From: Bacteroidales bacterium
Lineage (GTDB): Bacteria; Bacteroidota; Bacteroidia; Bacteroidales; UBA932
Assembly: GCA_017506825.1 (NCBI GenBank)
Contig: JAFVMQ010000077.1
Span: 1 to 52,054, forward strand
Length of the DNA stretch: 52,054 bases
Direction of reading: 5' to 3'
In this document: positions 47,490 to 52,054 of the stretch, in pieces
How positions within the stretch are numbered: the first letter of the stretch is position 1
How the letters are laid out: every line of letters starts with the position of its first letter
The notes under the pieces: model-generated
Database searches by the model: none
The model's input: the letters and a program-made list of their open reading frames with translations, nothing else
What the model was told of the DNA's origin: nothing
Position numbers and translations under genes: made by a program

Positions 47490-49151
47490 CTATATGGGGT
47501 CTTCGTATTGTTTCTGCAGCTTGTGAAGTTTTTCCATCAATTCCGGAAGGATATCTTCAGCTTCAGGTGTACCATAGATATTCCTGATCTGGAGAGGATC
47601 TTTTTTCAGATCGTATAATTCCCAGCAGTCGATATCGTTGTAGAAGTGCATGAGGGAATACCTCTCCGTACGGATTCCGTAATGGCGTCTGACAGCATGC
47701 TCTGCAGGATATTCGTAATAATGGTAATAGAGAGCATCCCTCCATCCTTCGCCGGTATCTGTCTTCATTTTTTCTGCCGGAGTACCTGTCATGAGCCCGA
47801 GAAAACTCTCTCCCTGTATCTCCTCGGGAATGCTGACTCCGGCATATTCAAGAATAGTCGGAGCGAGGTCTATGTTCTGCACAAACTCTGATATGTCGTG
47901 GCTGCCTTTGCCGAAGTCAGGACCATATACCAGCTTGCTGCTTTTAGCCGGACGTTTCCTTCCAAGCTTGTCAGGAAGACGTATGACAAGGGGTGTTCTG
48001 AAGCTTTCTTCGTACATGAACCTCTTGTCGAAGAAGCCGTGTTCTCCCATAAAGAATCCCTGATCCGATGTGTATATGATCATCGTGTTTTCCAGCAGTC
48101 CTTCGTTTTTCAGATATTCATAGATCTTCCCAACATTCCTGTCTACGGAATTTATGACGCTGCAGTAATCCTTCAGATATCTCTGGTATTTCCAGACAGC
48201 AAGGTCTTTTCCTTCAAGTCTGTCCTGTCTGAATCTTTCGATGATAGGGTCGTAATATTCGTTCCACGCCTTCTGCTGGACGTGGTCCATTCTGCCCGCT
48301 TTCAGTTCGTCACCTTCTTCTGTGCCTCCGCGATACATTCCCAATGTCCATCTCCAGCGAGGTTCAACAAGTTTGCCATCTTTATCCGCCATCTTCAGAT
48401 CGTAAGCAGGATTCATGTCGTCTGCGATGCTCATTTCCTGGAGAAGTGCGGCTGTGCGGCCTTGGTAATTGTCATCAAATGTCTCCGGCAGCGGAAAATC
48501 AACGTGGTCATAGCTTCCGAGATCCTGTGTGTCAGGCATCCACGATCTGTGAGGAGCCTTATGATGTATCATCAGACAGAAAGGCTTTTTCTTGTCCCTC
48601 TTGTTCTTCATCCAGTCGATCGCCTGTTCTGTTATGACCTCGGTGACGTACCCCTGTCTGAGGAGGGTGTCTCCGTTGCAGATGAATACAGGCTGATAGT
48701 ATTCCCCTTGTCCGTCAAGTATGTCCCAATGGGTGAATCCTGAAGGTTCTGTGACAAGGTGCCATTTTCCAACGACAGCAGTCTCATAGCCGTTCTTTTG
48801 AAGAAGCTTGGGAAAAGTCATCTGCGTGTTGTCAAACACCCCGTGTTCATTGTTTGTGAATCCGTTCATATGACTGTGCTTGCCGGTCAGAAGGCATGCT
48901 CTCGAAGGTCCGCTCAATGAGTTTGCGACAAAACTGTTGGTAAAACGGTAGCCTTCATCGCTCAATCTGTCGATGTTCGGAGTATGCATAAGCGTCCTGT
49001 TATAGGCGCTGATGGTCTGGTAAGAGTGGTCGTCGCACATGATATAGATGACGTTCATATGCTGCCTGTCATCAGAATCGCTGGAACATGAGCTTATAGC
49101 TGATGCTGCAAGAGCACTTGCAAATACTATCTGGATATCCTTGTTATTCAT
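47490..49151 (-). CDS. Ser-type formylglycine-dependent sulfatase, GlcNAc-6-sulfatase (MdsA)-like
   Basis: IMCDDH, S-G-P-S-R (SxPxR), LTGK, VGKWH, KAPHR, YTSDQG, DKRFMYEES and YYHYYEYPAEH. Start reassigned to 49151 (lipobox SS-C), downstream of a minus-strand TAAATTTG at 49179-49186. Confidence 0.92.
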   Translation of the reverse strand: MNNKDIQIVFASALAASAISSCSSDSDDRQHMNVIYIMCDDHSYQTISAYNRTLMHTPNIDRLSDEGYRFTNSFVANSLSGPSRACLLTGKHSHMNGFTNNEHGVFDNTQMTFPKLLQKNGYETAVVGKWHLVTEPSGFTHWDILDGQGEYYQPVFICNGDTLLRQGYVTEVITEQAIDWMKNKRDKKKPFCLMIHHKAPHRSWMPDTQDLGSYDHVDFPLPETFDDNYQGRTAALLQEMSIADDMNPAYDLKMADKDGKLVEPRWRWTLGMYRGGTEEGDELKAGRMDHVQQKAWNEYYDPIIERFRQDRLEGKDLAVWKYQRYLKDYCSVINSVDRNVGKIYEYLKNEGLLENTMIIYTSDQGFFMGEHGFFDKRFMYEESFRTPLVIRLPDKLGRKRPAKSSKLVYGPDFGKGSHDISEFVQNIDLAPTILEYAGVSIPEEIQGESFLGLMTGTPAEKMKTDTGEGWRDALYYHYYEYPAEHAVRRHYGIRTERYSLMHFYNDIDCWELYDLKKDPLQIRNIYGTPEAEDILPELMEKLHKLQKQYEDPI

Positions 49152-49234
49152 GTATGTGGGAGGGGGAATATATGCATGCAAATTTAAGAACACTTTTTAA
49201 TTTTCAGTATATTTACACACTTAATTGCAGATAC

Positions 49235-50479
49235 ATGGATATTCCGCATGGACATACGCTTTCTTTTCTTGATGCAATGAGACTTTCCGGTCCTGTGGCT
49301 TTCAATGTCATGGTCAAACCGGTAGGATCCTTGTGCAATCTTGATTGTGCATATTGTTATTATCTTGACAAGTCCGGAATTTATGGTGGGGAGACTGCGC
49401 TGATGAGTGACGAGGTTCTTGAGAAGGTCATATCTGAGTCTATAAGGTCTAACGAGTCGGAAGAGATCACCTTTGAATGGCACGGAGGTGAGCCTCTGGC
49501 TGCCGGTCTGGATTTTTTCAGAAAGGCGCTTGCTCTTCAGGAAAGATATGCAGACGGAAGAAAGGTGAACAATACCCTCCAGACCAACGGTACTCTCATC
49601 ACTCCCCGTTGGGCGGCATTTCTTAAGGAGAATGACTTTCTGGTCGGTATCTCGATAGATGGTCCTGCGGATCTGCATGACAGGTTCAGGAAGGACAAGG
49701 GCGGAAGACCATCGTTTGACAAGGTAATGGCAGGTATCATGTGTCTTCACCGGTCAGGAGTCCGCTTCAATACGATGACGACGGTCAATAGAGCAAGTGA
49801 AGGAAGGGGAAAGGAAGTCTATTCTTTTCTGAAGTCTGTAGGCAGTAGATACATGCAGTTCATGCCTGTGGTGGAGCATATCCGTGTTCCGGATGAAGAT
49901 GGTGCCAGACCTTGCATTGCAGGACCTCGGGAGGAGGGTGCATATCTTGCCCCTTGGTCCGTGTCAGCTGCAGGATTCGGACAATTCATGTGCGATATCT
50001 TTGATGTATGGGTAAGGAATGATGTCGGTGAGTATTTTGTGAATCTCTTTGATGCGACACTGGCGAACTGGTGCGGCGTCTCTCCTGGAATCTGTGTCTA
50101 CTGCGATGTCTGCGGGGGAAATCCCGTGATAGAGCACAACGGTGATGTTTACCCATGCGACCATTTTGTATACAAGGACTACAGGCTTGGCAATGTCAGC
50201 AATCAGTCTTTGGCGGATATGGTCAGGTCTCAGTCTCGTTTCGGCTTCGAAAAACATGGATCTCTGCCGGAGAAGTGTCTGAATTGCAGATATTTTGGTT
50301 TATGCCACGGAGAATGTCCCAAGCACAGGTTCGAACACACCCTTGACGGTCAGCCTGGATTGAACACCCTCTGCGAAGGCTATATGATGTTCTATCAGCA
50401 TACTGCACAATACTTTCTGAAGATGAGACATCTGCTGGAGCAATCTCTTCCCCCGTCAATGATAATGTCCGATCTGTGA
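49235..50479 (+). CDS. Anaerobic sulfatase-maturating enzyme (radical SAM/SPASM, anSME/ChuR)
   Basis: KP.GSLCNLDCAYCYY (CxxxCxxC), WHGGEP, LQTNG, GISIDG, GDVYPCDH and C..C.....CHGECPK. Start reassigned to ATG 49235. Confidence 0.95.
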   Translation: MDIPHGHTLSFLDAMRLSGPVAFNVMVKPVGSLCNLDCAYCYYLDKSGIYGGETALMSDEVLEKVISESIRSNESEEITFEWHGGEPLAAGLDFFRKALALQERYADGRKVNNTLQTNGTLITPRWAAFLKENDFLVGISIDGPADLHDRFRKDKGGRPSFDKVMAGIMCLHRSGVRFNTMTTVNRASEGRGKEVYSFLKSVGSRYMQFMPVVEHIRVPDEDGARPCIAGPREEGAYLAPWSVSAAGFGQFMCDIFDVWVRNDVGEYFVNLFDATLANWCGVSPGICVYCDVCGGNPVIEHNGDVYPCDHFVYKDYRLGNVSNQSLADMVRSQSRFGFEKHGSLPEKCLNCRYFGLCHGECPKHRFEHTLDGQPGLNTLCEGYMMFYQHTAQYFLKMRHLLEQSLPPSMIMSDL

Positions 50480-50520
50480 AACAAATAAGAAAGAAAAGTT
50501 GCAAAACAATAAATTCTTTG

Positions 50521-50528
50521 TATATTTG
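50521..50528 (+). promoter_or_regulatory. -7 promoter element for tRNA-Ser
   Basis: TATATTTG 30 bp upstream of the tRNA. Confidence 0.7.
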
Positions 50529-50558
50529 CAGTCCCGTTAGAGAAAACGGGTCAGTTTT

Positions 50559-50645
50559 GGTGAGATGGGTGAGTGGCTGAAACCACCAGTTTGCTAAACT
50601 GACGTACGGGTAACCGTACCGGGGGTTCGAATCCCCCTCTCACCG
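50559..50645 (+). tRNA. tRNA-Ser(GCT), CCA not encoded
   Basis: Acceptor stem GGTGAGA/TCTCACC plus G discriminator, anticodon loop TTGCTAA, long variable arm GTACGG..CCGTAC and T-arm GGGGGTTCGAATCCCCC. Confidence 0.96.
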
Positions 50646-50705
50646 CAAACGAGCAAGAAAAAGCACCACGAGTTAACTCGATGGTGCTTTTTCTTGCTCG
50701 TTTGC
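50645..50705. repeat. 61-bp near-perfect palindrome at the tRNA 3' end
   Basis: 24-bp perfect arms GCAAACGAGCAAGAAAAAGCACCA / TGGTGCTTTTTCTTGCTCGTTTGC around the palindrome CGAGTTAACTCG plus one extra A. Confidence 0.9.
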
Positions 50706-50824
50706 AAAGCCCGCCGCAGGCGGCAGGGGATGTCGGAGCGAAGCGACGAAATCCCAGGTGAGAGAGGGGCACAGCGACTGTAGCTGTGACGCAAGGAATT
50801 CCGTTCAAAAACTTGCGTCGCTAC

Positions 50825-50998
50825 GAGGTGATCTTCAACGAATACAAGGCTAAAATCATCTTCGTCCAAAATACGGGCGTTGGTTAATTCGTCATACTGC
50901 GTATAATGCTCGTTGAGATAGGAATAAAGGTTCTCGGGCATCGTAAAGCATACACGCAGTTTATCAACATTAACAGCCCAATCAACTCTCCTTGCCAT
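50825..50998 (-). pseudogene. Probable 5' fragment of a truncated gene of unknown function
   Basis: MARRVDWAVNVDKLRVCFTMPENLY...LVFVED looks protein-like and overlaps the upstream ORF. The frame then runs through hairpins and antisense to the tRNA, which is implausible as coding sequence. Confidence 0.4.
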
Positions 50999-51191
50999 AG
51001 ATGTCAGTCGTTGAGGTGTCGTTATTATCTATCGGTTTCATCGGTAATTTCGCCCAATAGTCGCACATCGCTTTGCTTATCTTCTGCTTGGTGTCATTCG
51101 AGTGCTTTCGTCCTTGGTGGGCGATGCTCTGTTTCTCACGTGTCTGCTGTGAGACATCGTTTCTGTAAATACGTTTCTGTGGTTGTACCAT
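50982..51191 (-). CDS. Small NUMOD3-motif DNA-binding protein
   Basis: VSQQTREKQSIAHQGRKHSNDTKQKISKAM matches tandem NUMOD3 motifs (G.KHS.ETK.KIS..M). Confidence 0.6.
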   Translation of the reverse strand: MVQPQKRIYRNDVSQQTREKQSIAHQGRKHSNDTKQKISKAMCDYWAKLPMKPIDNNDTSTTDIYGKES

Positions 51192-51541
51192 AGTCAAATT
51201 CGTTTTTATACTTTATTATTGAAGTTCGCGTTCGCTACGCTATCGCGAACAATAGACTACAAGTCAAAATGAATATCATAGTCTATATAATAAATATAGT
51301 TTAACATTGAAAAATGTCAAGATAGTGGAGAAATTTTTCGTAACGGACTGTCCTACGCCTATGTTCTGACACAGAAACTACCACGTTTAAGGTTAATCAA
51401 GTCGCTGACATTGATAGTCTTATTCGGCAAATTCACGAAAACAATTTACAAAATCACTCTATTACCAAGGTGGAGAAATGTATATATGCTATTTCAATAC
51501 TTTTATTTATATTTGTAAACGCAAACCAATCGTCATATAAT

Positions 51542-51754
51542 ATGAAAGATTCCACTAAAAGAAAAATTGCAAATGAACTTTACTTCATTTTTTCTTGGTT
51601 ATTAAAAGGATTCATACCTATCTTGATATTATCCTTGCTTTTATCATTTTTTTGGGATGAAGATGCTATCTTGTGGCTACTTGCGACGCCAGTCCCTTTA
51701 GTTATTGCATATTGTGTAAGACTATACAAATGGATAATAGAGTGGAAAAATTAA
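51542..51754 (+). CDS. Small two-TM hypothetical membrane protein
   Basis: ATG 51542 preceded by TATATTTG (51508-51515); basic N-terminus followed by two hydrophobic segments. Confidence 0.45.
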   Translation: MKDSTKRKIANELYFIFSWLLKGFIPILILSLLLSFFWDEDAILWLLATPVPLVIAYCVRLYKWIIEWKN

Positions 51755-51954
51755 ATCTGACAGATATAAGTTATGATATCTTATCAACGTATTCAAAAAT
51801 AAAGTGTATTCAGAAAAATCAATTTGAATACACTTTTTTAACGCTTGTATTGTATTCATTTTTATCAAAGAATTATCAGAATACTTTAATATACTCATCT
51901 CAATTGCTAAAAAACCAATCATAGAAAATTCAGTACGAATTTCTCTTAAAGAGA

Positions 51955-51985
51955 CAAAGACACTGCTGGATCAGCAGTGTCTTTG
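51955..51985 (-). terminator. Hairpin terminator, probably for a minus-strand gene entering from the right edge
   Basis: CAAAGACACTGCTG-GAT-CAGCAGTGTCTTTG, a 14-bp perfect stem. A minus-strand frame is open from 52054 to a TAG at 51988-51986. Confidence 0.65.
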
Positions 51986-52054
51986 CTATGAACACCGAGG
52001 GGAAGAAGCACCGCAAGGAAGCGGTTTTCCGTCAGTTACATATCGGACTATCCC

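Larger units (their letters stand above)
50706..51950. mobile_element. Degenerate tRNA-adjacent island/mobile-element remnant
   Basis: Hairpin cluster, truncated ORF, NUMOD3-motif ORF and a visible shift to AT-rich sequence directly downstream of a tRNA. No integrase was seen. Confidence 0.5.

Noticed and set aside
50594-50824. C-terminal part of ORF 50594..50998 and ORF 50551..50808
   Set aside because: They run through palindromes and antisense to tRNA-Ser, so they are not credible coding sequence.
52009-52016. CACCGCAA matching the tRNA 3' end as a possible attR
   Set aside because: Only 8 bp, located beyond the terminator within a probable incoming gene end; compatible with chance.

Overview
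Bacteroidales chromosomal segment, judged from the susC/susD pair, TAnnTTTG -7 promoters, lipobox proteins and dnaE/secDF types. About 37 kb (1-37149) is one large polysaccharide-utilisation locus in about five transcription units. It encodes GH89 fused to an EEP phosphoesterase, GH20, GH3, a GH127/146-like enzyme, a standalone EEP protein, a NAGPA-like phosphodiester glycosidase, three paralogous DUF4855-like TIM-barrel lipoproteins, a DUF6259-like putative hydrolase, SusC/SusD and two surface proteins sharing one C-terminal domain. Its uptake and catabolic block has an MFS transporter, a fucose/arabinose-isomerase-like protein, a PMI-like cupin, two ROK kinases and a mutarotase-like protein. 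A GntR-family regulator lies inside the locus, and a CACCACA-N3-CACCACA direct repeat sits at three of its promoter regions. The enzyme set suggests an uncharacterised system for degrading a GlcNAc-containing phosphodiester-linked glycan, possibly a microbial cell-envelope polymer; this is inference. Other points: an unannotated 41-aa YxxP peptide gene ahead of a fimbrillin-like/FN3/DUF4855 protein, and CGTC-type REP palindromes, two of them inserted in frame in the MFS gene. The rest is housekeeping-type (dnaE, secDF, PD40/SPOR protein-nfeD-floA, sulfatase/anSME pair, tRNA-Ser(GCT)), followed by a ~60-bp palindrome and a ~1.1-kb AT-rich mobile-element remnant with a NUMOD3-motif ORF. All family assignments come from motif recognition by eye; no searches were run.
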